Origin: a virus
IMG/VR virus record: IMGVR_UViG_3300031992_000005
Location: 256,001-320,000 of that record
Direction: 5' to 3' (one strand)
DNA: 64,000 bases
Shown here piece by piece: positions 44,491-53,856 of the stretch. The notes beneath the pieces are model-generated. The model ran no database searches and was not told the DNA's origin. It saw only the letters and a list, made by a program, of their open reading frames with translations. Numbering within the stretch: the stretch's first letter is position 1; each line of letters starts with the position of its first letter. A program made the position numbers and the translations under genes.

Positions 44491-45710
44491 CAAGTAAAGA
44501 AATTAACTATAGCAATGGAGCTGACTTAGGCGATGGAGTTTCTGGTTTCTATTATGATAGCCAGTTGAATCTTGAAACTATGTCAGCTTCTCTTCACCCA
44601 AATTCCATCCTAGACAAAGATGGAATAAAATGGATATCTATACCAACAGATGAACAGGAATCTACGGATAATCAAATATACAGTGACACTAGAGTAACAA
44701 CCAAAACAGAGGAACAATACCCATATAGAGAGAAGCCTATTTGTAAAGCCATAATAAATGAAGAATTTCAAGTATCAATTGCCAATACTTATACGGGTTT
44801 TGGTGAAGATTTTATAGGCGGACTCTGGAGTAACCTAAAACCACTTGCACCATATGCCGGCGAAGCTGCAAAGTTCCTTGCAGATATAGCCAATCAAACG
44901 GAAAATTACTTTGCCGACAAAGTAGGTGAAGGCAAAAATATGAGCGAAAATGGAAATAAAGCCCTAAGTGCCTTTCTTAGTGTTATGAGGAATGCCTCAA
45001 ATTTTGCTGGTCAGGCTGGGGATTATTTAAACAGATCATTGGTAGTTCAAGGTAGTAGATTTTCTTATTACAATGGTACTGGTATTGATTTTGGTAATCT
45101 GGTTATGAAATTTACAGTATTCTCGGGATTTCATACTGTGGATGAATATGATGGGGAGAATCACAAGGTTATCAAAAAGGTTATTGAGTATAATAGTGTA
45201 TATAATCAAATTGCTGAAATTCTTCCATATGTAATAGGTGAATTTGTTCCTATAACGGACATAACGAAGAATTCTTCAGAGGAGGTAAAGCAGTTTGTCA
45301 GTGAATTCGCATCCTGGCAAATGCCGCCTGGTGGATATGTACCTTACTACAAGGACGTAGATACTGTTCACCCAGGAACGCTAAAACTTAGACTAGGCCC
45401 TTACTTTTCAGTAGAAAATCTTGTTATTAAATCCGCTCAGTTTACTTACTCTAAGGCTATGTCAAAAAATCCTACATATAGGGGTGATTCAAAAATATCT
45501 AAGGATACTCAAAATTATCTAGTACCATTATCCTGTGAGGTATTATTAAATCTAAGCCCTATTACTAAGCACTCAAGACAATCTCTTGAAAGATATATAA
45601 AGGGAACTTCCTCTAGAGGTACTAAGAAAATTTTAGAGGGAAAAATGGAAGATAGTCTTAGTAAAATAGAAGAAAGAACAAACGACATATCTAAGATTAG
45701 TAGAATTTAA
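44487..45710 (+). CDS. Tail/baseplate-associated protein (position of Mu gp43-type protein)
   Basis: ATGA overlap with the tape measure; 407 aa. The assignment rests on position only. Confidence 0.4.
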   Translation: MTSKEINYSNGADLGDGVSGFYYDSQLNLETMSASLHPNSILDKDGIKWISIPTDEQESTDNQIYSDTRVTTKTEEQYPYREKPICKAIINEEFQVSIANTYTGFGEDFIGGLWSNLKPLAPYAGEAAKFLADIANQTENYFADKVGEGKNMSENGNKALSAFLSVMRNASNFAGQAGDYLNRSLVVQGSRFSYYNGTGIDFGNLVMKFTVFSGFHTVDEYDGENHKVIKKVIEYNSVYNQIAEILPYVIGEFVPITDITKNSSEEVKQFVSEFASWQMPPGGYVPYYKDVDTVHPGTLKLRLGPYFSVENLVIKSAQFTYSKAMSKNPTYRGDSKISKDTQNYLVPLSCEVLLNLSPITKHSRQSLERYIKGTSSRGTKKILEGKMEDSLSKIEERTNDISKISRI

Positions 45711-46018
45711 TGTTTACCAAGTCATCTAAAATAAATTCTAGTAGAACAGATTTTTCAAACTATATTGAAGGATTTGATGTATATAATGCGAGGGTCTTTG
45801 ACTTAATGAAAGAATATGATGACCAGCGTGTTCTCTACAAGATTACAACAAAAAGCTACAGACCTGATCTCATAGCAAAAGATATTTATGGAAGTACTGA
45901 TTATCTTCCATTTCTTCTGATTGCATGTGCATCAGGTCTTAGTTATTATACAAAAGGAAATACTATCAGTATTTTCCCAAAAGATATTATTGATAAAGTT
46001 ATTGCCAGGTTAGCATGA
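45710..46018 (+). CDS. LysM-like tail protein (P2 gpX-like, tentative)
   Basis: 102 aa. YKITTKSYRPDLIAKDIYGSTDYLPFLL ... GNTISIFP resembles the tail protein X / LysM pattern (Y.V..GD.LD.IA...YG ... G..I.IP). Confidence 0.4.
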   Translation: MFTKSSKINSSRTDFSNYIEGFDVYNARVFDLMKEYDDQRVLYKITTKSYRPDLIAKDIYGSTDYLPFLLIACASGLSYYTKGNTISIFPKDIIDKVIARLA

Positions 46019-47157
46019 GGATAGAAACGTCACATAAAATTTCAGTATTCTTTAGTCCTTGGTTTGGTGAAACTCCAGATGATGCTGGCGATTTTAGTTT
46101 TACAAAACTACATCTATATGAAGAATTAGGTGGTAGTATTGCCTATGGAGACATAGACCTAGTATCTCTAGGTACTGACAGAGCAAACGAGCTCCTACAA
46201 AAACAAAGAACTGGAGTAATACAAATTGAACAAGAGGAAAGAGTTTCTTATAATATTCCAGTCTGTATTACAAAAGTATCTATGTATAGTAATTTAATTT
46301 CGTTAGGTTTTGTTTGTTGTAAATCAAAAGATTTCTTCTCTAAGAGAAAAACAGATACCTTAGAAATGGATATCTCAAGTGCTATACAGAATCTCTATTC
46401 TGGGAATAGTGATATTAGGTGTGAATCTGATGTTCAAGGAAGTTTGAAATTTTATCAACAAATGGAAACTGACTTAAGTCTTTTGACTAGGTTATGTTAT
46501 TCCTATAAAAAAGATTCTATCTTTGGCCTGGGTTGGAATGGATTAGTTATAAAAGAAACTTTTGGCGAGAAGAATAGTAAAGGGAATAAAGAACCTGATG
46601 AAAATATGATTCTCCCATTAGATGCAGAAGTTTTCCAAAAAGAGGAAAGAACTGAAACTTATTATCCACAAAACTATAAACCCCCAGTTAATGTTTGGGA
46701 AGACACTGAAGGAAAAATAGCCACACAGGATTATACTCAGGATGAGCCTATTAATCCAAGGGTCATAATGAAGCAGACAGAAAATGGTATGCAAACTTTA
46801 ATGATGCATAAGGATTATTACCAAATGCACGAGAATTATACATACAATACTAATTTTATGGCCACTAAGATGTACTCTTCTATAAAAGTTGTTGATCCGA
46901 TTGCTATTCCTAAATATATGCTAGGAGATGTAGTAGAAGTAGATAAACAAAGTCTTAAGGCTGATAATCTAAATTGGCCTGTTAAGTACTACTTAGTTAA
47001 ATCAAATGAATTCTTCATATCAATAGACGGTTCTCAGTTTGTTGATGAGAATGGTGCTAATTTCTCATGGACATCAACTCTCTTAGGACTAGAGGAAATT
47101 GATGGTACGGTTGCTATTGGTAGTGAAGAAGATCCAAGGGATAAAGAAGAAAAATGA
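46015..47157 (+). CDS. Baseplate hub protein (P2 gpD / Mu gp44 position)
   Basis: 380 aa, translationally coupled on both sides, directly upstream of the spike gene. Confidence 0.45.
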   Translation: MRIETSHKISVFFSPWFGETPDDAGDFSFTKLHLYEELGGSIAYGDIDLVSLGTDRANELLQKQRTGVIQIEQEERVSYNIPVCITKVSMYSNLISLGFVCCKSKDFFSKRKTDTLEMDISSAIQNLYSGNSDIRCESDVQGSLKFYQQMETDLSLLTRLCYSYKKDSIFGLGWNGLVIKETFGEKNSKGNKEPDENMILPLDAEVFQKEERTETYYPQNYKPPVNVWEDTEGKIATQDYTQDEPINPRVIMKQTENGMQTLMMHKDYYQMHENYTYNTNFMATKMYSSIKVVDPIAIPKYMLGDVVEVDKQSLKADNLNWPVKYYLVKSNEFFISIDGSQFVDENGANFSWTSTLLGLEEIDGTVAIGSEEDPRDKEEK

Positions 47158-47849
47158 AAAAGAATTTTGGAGTAATAAAAAAAGTGATCGACCCGGATTT
47201 ATTTACAGTTGAGGTAGACATTCCGGGCGAAAATGAAGCGCTTAGAGCTTTTCCAAAAAGAGGAGAAGTGGATGAACCTAGGGTGGGCGATGTCGTTTGG
47301 TTAGAGGAAGTTGACCCACTCTATCATTCATACTACCTTTATGAGAAATTGAAGGAAAATAACTTCATCGGAATAAGAGCTCGTGGAAAAGTACTTAGAC
47401 TTAGTTCAGATGAGATATCAGTTGGCATTTTCGATCCATCTGACGAGTCATGGTATGATAAGCAAGACGGGGCCGATCCAACACCAGAGCCAACATCATG
47501 GATCAAGCTAGACAAGGACGGTAACATTGATATTAATGGGGAGAAAAATACTACCATTAATATAAAAGGTAATGTTACTATCAACGTAGATGGAGATGCA
47601 AAGATCGACGTAAAAGGTAATGCTGAAACTAACGTAGGTGGAGATTCAAAATTAACTGTTTCAGGGGACACTGAAATTAAATCACCTAATGTGAAGATTA
47701 ATAGTTCTTCTCAAGTTCAGATTACTGGAGGTGGATCATTTAACATGAGAGGTACTGCATCACCTAGTGTGAATGGACCAATGAATTGTCTTAAAATGTG
47801 CGTTTTTAGTGGAGCCGTACATGGCTCAGATACTTGTACAGGAATTTAA
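47154..47849 (+). CDS. Baseplate central spike (gpV / Mu gp45 / gp5-like)
   Basis: N-terminal OB-fold pattern GVIKKVIDPDLFTVEVDIPG ... PRVGDVVWLEE. Beta-helix repeats INIKGNVTINVDGDAKIDVKGNAETNVGGDSKLTVSGDTEIKS. Cys/His-rich apex CLKMCVFSGAVHGSDTC. Confidence 0.75.
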   Translation: MKKNFGVIKKVIDPDLFTVEVDIPGENEALRAFPKRGEVDEPRVGDVVWLEEVDPLYHSYYLYEKLKENNFIGIRARGKVLRLSSDEISVGIFDPSDESWYDKQDGADPTPEPTSWIKLDKDGNIDINGEKNTTINIKGNVTINVDGDAKIDVKGNAETNVGGDSKLTVSGDTEIKSPNVKINSSSQVQITGGGSFNMRGTASPSVNGPMNCLKMCVFSGAVHGSDTCTGI

Positions 47850-47859
47850 AATATAGATT

Positions 47860-48849
47860 ATGCTATTAAATAATATAGAAGTAAAAATACTATCTACTGC
47901 CAAATTAATAGATGTATATAACAATAATTTTCCTGAGGATTTTTTAATGAAAAACGTCATTTACTGTATACATAATGAAGTAAATGGAAAAAATTATATA
48001 GGGCAAACTATAAAAGTTAAAGATAGATTTAGTAGAACTTATGTCGGTCACTTTAAGGACTATGATAGGTTTATTAATGGAGAAATTAATGAAACTCGAG
48101 CTCTATATAGGGCTTGGAAAAAATACGGACTAGAATCGTTCACTGTTTTTGTTATTGATGTAGGTTCTAACAGAGAGGAATTAAATAAAAAGGAAATTTA
48201 CTGGATAAAAACACTACATACTTGCGTTAAAGATTCAGAATGTTTTGGATATAACTTAACATGGGGTGCTGATGATATGAGCGTTACTTGTAGGGAATCT
48301 ATTCAAAGATCTCTGGAGACAAGGAAGAATATGTATGGAGATTATTTTCCCAAATGCCACACTCAAGAAGCCTATAAAAAAGGAGACGAGACTAAAAAAG
48401 ATAGGTATGGTTATACTGGATTTATCAATGCATTTACGCCAGAAGCTAATTCAAAAAGAAAGCAAACTAATCTAGAAAGATATGGAACTTTACATGGGCC
48501 TAATATGTCTAAAGAGGCTATCAATAAGATGGTAGAAAAGAAAATAGATAAATATGGAGACCCTATGGGAGTTTGCAATACTCCAGAGAATCGAGAAAAA
48601 GCAAAAAAGAATTCAAGAATTACAAGAATATTTAATTCAATCTCTCGGAACTTAAATCTTCTTAAAGAAAAAGGTATCGACATTCAAAGTTGGGAACAGT
48701 ATAGCTCGTATATGATCCATAGATATCATAGTGTCAATCGTACAAACCTTCATCTAGAAAAGATAATGGAAAATATTACAGATCTTAGGTCAGATAGAAG
48801 GTGGTCAACTACTTATGAAAAGATATTTGTAGAATCTATAAACAAGTAA
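47860..48849 (+). CDS. Free-standing GIY-YIG homing endonuclease
   Basis: VIYCIHNEVNGKNYIGQT (GIY ... YIG), DRFSRTYVGH, YRAWKKYG, and NKKEIYWIKTL (catalytic Glu context). The C-terminal half has four [KR]xx[KR]YG repeats (RKNMYG, KKDRYG, NLERYG, KIDKYG) typical of HEG DNA-binding modules. The gene splits the baseplate module. Confidence 0.8.
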   Translation: MLLNNIEVKILSTAKLIDVYNNNFPEDFLMKNVIYCIHNEVNGKNYIGQTIKVKDRFSRTYVGHFKDYDRFINGEINETRALYRAWKKYGLESFTVFVIDVGSNREELNKKEIYWIKTLHTCVKDSECFGYNLTWGADDMSVTCRESIQRSLETRKNMYGDYFPKCHTQEAYKKGDETKKDRYGYTGFINAFTPEANSKRKQTNLERYGTLHGPNMSKEAINKMVEKKIDKYGDPMGVCNTPENREKAKKNSRITRIFNSISRNLNLLKEKGIDIQSWEQYSSYMIHRYHSVNRTNLHLEKIMENITDLRSDRRWSTTYEKIFVESINK

Positions 48850-48863
48850 AAAATTACAGAACA

Positions 48864-49367
48864 ATGATGACTATAAGTTCAATGGCAGACCACATAATCA
48901 GTAGTATAAATAAAACAACTGACCCTGCCACTGCAAATAATAGCTTTTATAGTGCCCTTTGTAGTTACGTAGAAGCAAATGCAGAAGTATATTATTCCTG
49001 GAAAGCAGCACTTACTAGTCCACCCTATTCGGTAGACCCAGTAGTAGTTATAAAACCCACTATTAAGACGAGTGGTACTTTAACTCCATCTGGGGCAACA
49101 GATCCTGGGGAGGCCATGAGTATATTTACACAGACATTAAATGCTAATATAGCAACATGGACAATGGTTTGGCCACCGGGTTTTACATTAACTCCTTGTT
49201 TTATACTGCCGTCGGTTACAATAACTCCATCTGGTGCCACTGATCAGAAATCTGCAATGGAGGCTGTCTGTGCACAAATTATAGCAGGGATATTATTAGC
49301 GACCCCTGCAGCTACTGGATCACATGCATCTTTTGTAGGGGCTGCCACTTTTACAAGCATATCTTAA
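48864..49367 (+). CDS. Baseplate-module hypothetical protein with internal duplication
   Basis: TLTPSGATDPGEAMSIFTQTL and TITPSGATDQKSAMEAVCAQI are repeated about 50 aa apart. It lies between the HEG and the gpW-like gene. Confidence 0.45.
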   Translation: MMTISSMADHIISSINKTTDPATANNSFYSALCSYVEANAEVYYSWKAALTSPPYSVDPVVVIKPTIKTSGTLTPSGATDPGEAMSIFTQTLNANIATWTMVWPPGFTLTPCFILPSVTITPSGATDQKSAMEAVCAQIIAGILLATPAATGSHASFVGAATFTSIS

Positions 49368-49368
49368 T

Positions 49369-49695
49369 ATGAAATACTTACTCAGTACTGGAAGAAGTAC
49401 TACAAAAATAGAAAAATACATCCTAGACTTAATTAGACTACACATGAGTATTCAGCCAGGAGATATTCCTTTTTCTGATGCAGGTTTCAATTTTATTCTA
49501 ACCGACGTTAAGAAAGATCAAGCTGCCAGAGAAATTAAGTCTAGGATAACTAGTCTCATTGAAAGAATAGGCTCTAGATTCAAGGGAATTAGTATTAATT
49601 TAACCAACTTAGCCATAGTGGATGAGACTAGGGCTGAAGTTACAATAAGTATTGATGATTACAGTGATACTTATTCAATTAACTTATATGATTAA
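49369..49695 (+). CDS. Baseplate wedge protein gpW/gp25-like
   Basis: 108 aa. LIRLHMSIQPGDIPFSDAGFNF fits the GPW/gp25 pattern (t..GeR...P.fG..l). It is directly upstream of the gpJ-like gene. Confidence 0.55.
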   Translation: MKYLLSTGRSTTKIEKYILDLIRLHMSIQPGDIPFSDAGFNFILTDVKKDQAAREIKSRITSLIERIGSRFKGISINLTNLAIVDETRAEVTISIDDYSDTYSINLYD

Positions 49696-51389
49696 TGAAA
49701 ACAATTCAAGATTACATAGACCGTTATAGCACTGTAGCAAAAAACCTTGGATATAAAGGAGATGGAGTAGATGTATTAATACAGTTATTGGCAAATGCAT
49801 CTTATATCAGTGAAGTAGAAAATATATCCTATGTAACGGAAGCTTCATTGGAGAAAGCCACTCTCCTTAATTCAAAGATTCAGCATTGTGTAGATAACAT
49901 GTATTCCGTATTTAGAGGTTCTTGTCCGAGAGTGGTTCTGAACATTAAGCCTACTAAATATATAGCCTTAAATCCATACGATCTCATCATTTCCTCTAAT
50001 AACTTCAATGTATATTATCTTGGTTATTTTACTGAAAAGCCAGATGAAGATAAAGAAGAAACTCCTGGACAAGGTGAAGAGACGGATAAAGGAGTTATCA
50101 ACGAAATTACAGATACGAGTGGAAATGTCATTGATATAACTAATGGAACTGAGACTACTCCAGATGAAGGAGAGGATGAGGAAGGAGATGATAGCAGTAC
50201 TACTTCAGATATCTCTGGTGTTTGGGTTTATAATAGAACATTCTACTGCGATCCTGCACTAACAGATAAAGATACTCAGGTTATTATAGGTTTTATAGCT
50301 CCAAAAAGAACAGGAGAGAACTTAACAATAGATACAACAATAGGTGAAACAAATACCTATTATGTAGATTGTCCTGTAAATAACCTAAGTGATGATATGT
50401 ATATTAAAATAGGTAATGAGATAGTACCTAGGACAAGAATTTTTGCAGAACATATTCTAAATACTGGTGGAAAGAAAAGAATTTTTGATCTAACTCTACC
50501 ATCATTTGGTTCAAGATTATATCTTGCAAATTTCTACAAAGATGCTCAAGGAAGAGATAGTAGAGCAGTAGAAGGTATTGATACGAATACAAAAGTATTT
50601 GCTCAATACTTTGGATATTCTACTCTGGATGAATATAATGAACCAGAACTGAAAAGAATTCAATTACGTGGTGCAGAATTAATGCCATTCAGTGAGGAAT
50701 TCTTGAGAGCAAATTGTTTAACTCAATTAAATACTGGAATTTGTTATATAGATGCTACTCCAAGAGATGGATTAAACACTATTCATTACAAGGCTAACAG
50801 AGATAGATATGTAAGTAGCATTATTAGAAGTAACTCTGATATTGGTGTTGTCCTAGAAGAATGCTACCCAGAAATTGTAAGAACAGGAGGTACAAATTAT
50901 CTATTTGTTGCTAGTAGTGCAGAATCTAGAAATAGCTCAGTTACTATATTTTATATACCAAAGGTTGATGAAATATACTTAACTTCTGATCAAATTAGAA
51001 AATTTGCTGAAGATTACAGAGCATACTACATTATCACTAGTACTATTACAGTAACACCTGGAGAGAAATACTATGCCTATTTCAATATAGACCTAGAACT
51101 ATTCCAATCACTAAGTTCTGATAATTTTGATCAAACTATTGGAGAAGATATCTTAAAAGTTTCTTACGGAGAGAAATTTAATGTTAAGTTCGATGAAAGT
51201 ACTTTAAAAGAGATAGAGTCTTTAATCAGTAAACTATCTAATGTTAAAAAAATATCTAGCCTATCTGTTACATTTACTGATAGTAGTGGTAGAACAGCAG
51301 ATGTGTCCAGTCTTGATCCAGGTAGAATATATTATATTATAAAATATTCGATCAGAACCACTGTATCTCAAACTATAAATAATATATGA
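49695..51389 (+). CDS. Baseplate J-like protein (gp6/gpJ position) with acidic insertion
   Basis: 564 aa, following the gpW-like gene with a TAATG overlap. It carries an acidic low-complexity insert KPDEDKEETPGQGEETDKG ... TPDEGEDEEGDDSS. Confidence 0.5.
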   Translation: MKTIQDYIDRYSTVAKNLGYKGDGVDVLIQLLANASYISEVENISYVTEASLEKATLLNSKIQHCVDNMYSVFRGSCPRVVLNIKPTKYIALNPYDLIISSNNFNVYYLGYFTEKPDEDKEETPGQGEETDKGVINEITDTSGNVIDITNGTETTPDEGEDEEGDDSSTTSDISGVWVYNRTFYCDPALTDKDTQVIIGFIAPKRTGENLTIDTTIGETNTYYVDCPVNNLSDDMYIKIGNEIVPRTRIFAEHILNTGGKKRIFDLTLPSFGSRLYLANFYKDAQGRDSRAVEGIDTNTKVFAQYFGYSTLDEYNEPELKRIQLRGAELMPFSEEFLRANCLTQLNTGICYIDATPRDGLNTIHYKANRDRYVSSIIRSNSDIGVVLEECYPEIVRTGGTNYLFVASSAESRNSSVTIFYIPKVDEIYLTSDQIRKFAEDYRAYYIITSTITVTPGEKYYAYFNIDLELFQSLSSDNFDQTIGEDILKVSYGEKFNVKFDESTLKEIESLISKLSNVKKISSLSVTFTDSSGRTADVSSLDPGRIYYIIKYSIRTTVSQTINNI

Positions 51390-52012
51390 ACATATTTATC
51401 CCGAAATATTTAAGAGAGCGAGTAAAAATAATAGACCAGCTCTATAATATGATTAGGGCATATTATGAAGAATATTCTCAAACAAAAGAGGAAGATAGTT
51501 TTGATCAATTTAGATTCAGTCGAAGAAATGACTACGTAGTTAGATTTCTGGATTATGTAATTCCAACAAAATACATAACAACTGAAGTTAATGGAGAAAC
51601 TATAACAGTAGAAGATAAGACTACTAGAGAAACAGCTCTAAATTATCTCAGCAAGTTATTTTATAGTGTAAAGGGAACTTATAAAGTATTAGATTATCTT
51701 ATTGACTATAATATCTTAAATGCTGATGAAAATTGGTGGAATCTGAATAGCCTCAATAACAATAAAGTAGATATTTCCTATACGGCCAGAAGTATTGACA
51801 TTAAAGTCGATAAATTACCTGACGGATTAGATAGAGAATTATACTGTGATTACTTAGAGAAATTCTTATGTGCTCTCTTATATTTTGAATTTCTAACGAT
51901 AAACATTGGCAAGATGAGTACCTCCATGTCAGAAAAAACAGAAGTTTATCTTAATAGAGGACAATCATTTTATCAAGCCTTTGAAATAAATGCAGAGGAG
52001 GTAGAATTATGA
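51386..52012 (+). CDS. Baseplate/tail protein (gpI position)
   Basis: 208 aa, with ATGA coupling on both sides. The assignment rests on position only. Confidence 0.35.
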   Translation: MNIFIPKYLRERVKIIDQLYNMIRAYYEEYSQTKEEDSFDQFRFSRRNDYVVRFLDYVIPTKYITTEVNGETITVEDKTTRETALNYLSKLFYSVKGTYKVLDYLIDYNILNADENWWNLNSLNNNKVDISYTARSIDIKVDKLPDGLDRELYCDYLEKFLCALLYFEFLTINIGKMSTSMSEKTEVYLNRGQSFYQAFEINAEEVEL

Positions 52013-53856
52013 GAATAACCTATCCAGGAGCAACAAATAATATTCCTCGATTTACTACGTTAGATAAAGTAATTCTATCTGGAGGAGAAGGCTTAGATAA
52101 CTTAACTTTATACTACGGAAGTGATACTAGCCTCTTAGACTTAGATGACTTCAATGAATATGGTTGGGAATTCTTAGTAAAGAAATATAGATATAACTCT
52201 TTCTGTCCACTAGGTCTTTTAACTACTCATGACAAAAAAGAGGTCGTAGGTTATAAGTCAACCGATATAGAAAACGTTAGTAAATGCTTTTTCCCATCTT
52301 TAGTAGAAGAGGAAGATACAACAGAGGGGGATCTTATTCAGTATTTTGGAACATTATCAGTGGGAAGACAAAAACTCACTATGATAAGAATTCCTCCAGG
52401 ATACTCTAATGCTGACATTCAGGATACAACTGATGAAAATCCTAGTAAGATAAACATTGAGTTTGAGGATAATGAGATCAAGTATTATAAAATAATCTGG
52501 TTTATCCTGACCCCAGGTGAAAAAAATAGATTAGTTGATATTAACCTATCCTATATCTCCTGGGAAATTAGCAATAATCCTTTCAGAAATCAAGATAAGT
52601 ATCTTCTTAGAGAAGAAGACAAGTTTGATATTGTTCATAACATAGATGTTGTAGAGAATATTGGAACAGTTTCTAACCCTCATTGGTTAGACCAAAGCTC
52701 AGGTACTATAATAGGTAACAGAAATACCAGCTCTCACCCACTTTTAGATTTAATTTGTAATTATTATAGGAATAATACTGATTGGGACGAGAACGTTTCT
52801 TATAAACGAGGCCAAGTTTGTTCGTATAACAATAATACCTGGATATCCTTAGAAAACAATAATAGGGGAAATAATCCCATCTTCAGTAACTTATGGTCAT
52901 TAGAGAGCTTATTCTCCAAGGATTTTACAATATCTAGAGCAGTAGTTACTACTAGACTGGAAGTGGATAATGAAACCGTTGATTATGGAGAAGTTACACC
53001 TACTATCCTAATTGCTACAACTTCTATAGAAGAGTATGAGCTGACTATATACTGTAGAAATGGATACGTGCCCTCTACTATAGAGAACGATCAAACAAAG
53101 GAGGTGATTGATCTCACTGGAGGTGATCCTGATGGTACCTCTATGTATTATTGGGATGCTTATACATCAGGGAATGGATTTTGTAAAGTTATTATTCCTA
53201 CATCTTTTGTTGAACATGCAGAGGAAATTATAATAACTTATAAACAATTTGTAGCTGAATGTTTATCCTTCTATGAGAATACCAATACCAACACTACTAC
53301 AGTTAGAGGATATGATATTTTCCATATTGGGGACATAGTCACTTTAAATTTCAACCTGGATTCTGGGAAAATTATAAAGGATATCCTAGTTGAGTGTACG
53401 GTAAATCAGAATGTAATAAAAACAGAAGTATTGCCAGTACCCGATGAATCCTCTGATGAACCAAATAAATATACCTTAACAGACTTTGAGATTAAATATC
53501 CAGCAATTTATCGCATTACTTGTAGATATATTGAGTCTGAATATTATACATTTAAGGTTCTTGAACATGAGGGATTCTTTGTAGATAGTATGACAAAGAA
53601 GACGCCTATTAATAATGTAGAAGTAGTTACGTTTAGTTTCTATCCAGAGGATGGTAGGTTTAGTAACTTTACTATAAACATTAAAGAGGGAGATACGCCT
53701 TATGTTAATTGGCCAGTCGACAATGAACCTAATCCTGGTAGTGTACTCATTGATGACACAATTTCTCTGAAATATATAAAAGATAAATGTTTCCAATTAA
53801 TCTTTGGAGAACCGTCAAATAATTATACTATAACATTCAATAAAAATGATAATTAA
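52009..53856 (+). CDS. Tail fibre/receptor-binding protein with CBM5/12-like motif
   Basis: 615 aa, first gene after the baseplate. WDENVSYKRGQVCSYNNNTWISLENNNRGNNP fits the W..Y..GD.V.Y.G..Y.......P carbohydrate-binding pattern. Confidence 0.5.
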   Translation: MRITYPGATNNIPRFTTLDKVILSGGEGLDNLTLYYGSDTSLLDLDDFNEYGWEFLVKKYRYNSFCPLGLLTTHDKKEVVGYKSTDIENVSKCFFPSLVEEEDTTEGDLIQYFGTLSVGRQKLTMIRIPPGYSNADIQDTTDENPSKINIEFEDNEIKYYKIIWFILTPGEKNRLVDINLSYISWEISNNPFRNQDKYLLREEDKFDIVHNIDVVENIGTVSNPHWLDQSSGTIIGNRNTSSHPLLDLICNYYRNNTDWDENVSYKRGQVCSYNNNTWISLENNNRGNNPIFSNLWSLESLFSKDFTISRAVVTTRLEVDNETVDYGEVTPTILIATTSIEEYELTIYCRNGYVPSTIENDQTKEVIDLTGGDPDGTSMYYWDAYTSGNGFCKVIIPTSFVEHAEEIIITYKQFVAECLSFYENTNTNTTTVRGYDIFHIGDIVTLNFNLDSGKIIKDILVECTVNQNVIKTEVLPVPDESSDEPNKYTLTDFEIKYPAIYRITCRYIESEYYTFKVLEHEGFFVDSMTKKTPINNVEVVTFSFYPEDGRFSNFTINIKEGDTPYVNWPVDNEPNPGSVLIDDTISLKYIKDKCFQLIFGEPSNNYTITFNKNDN

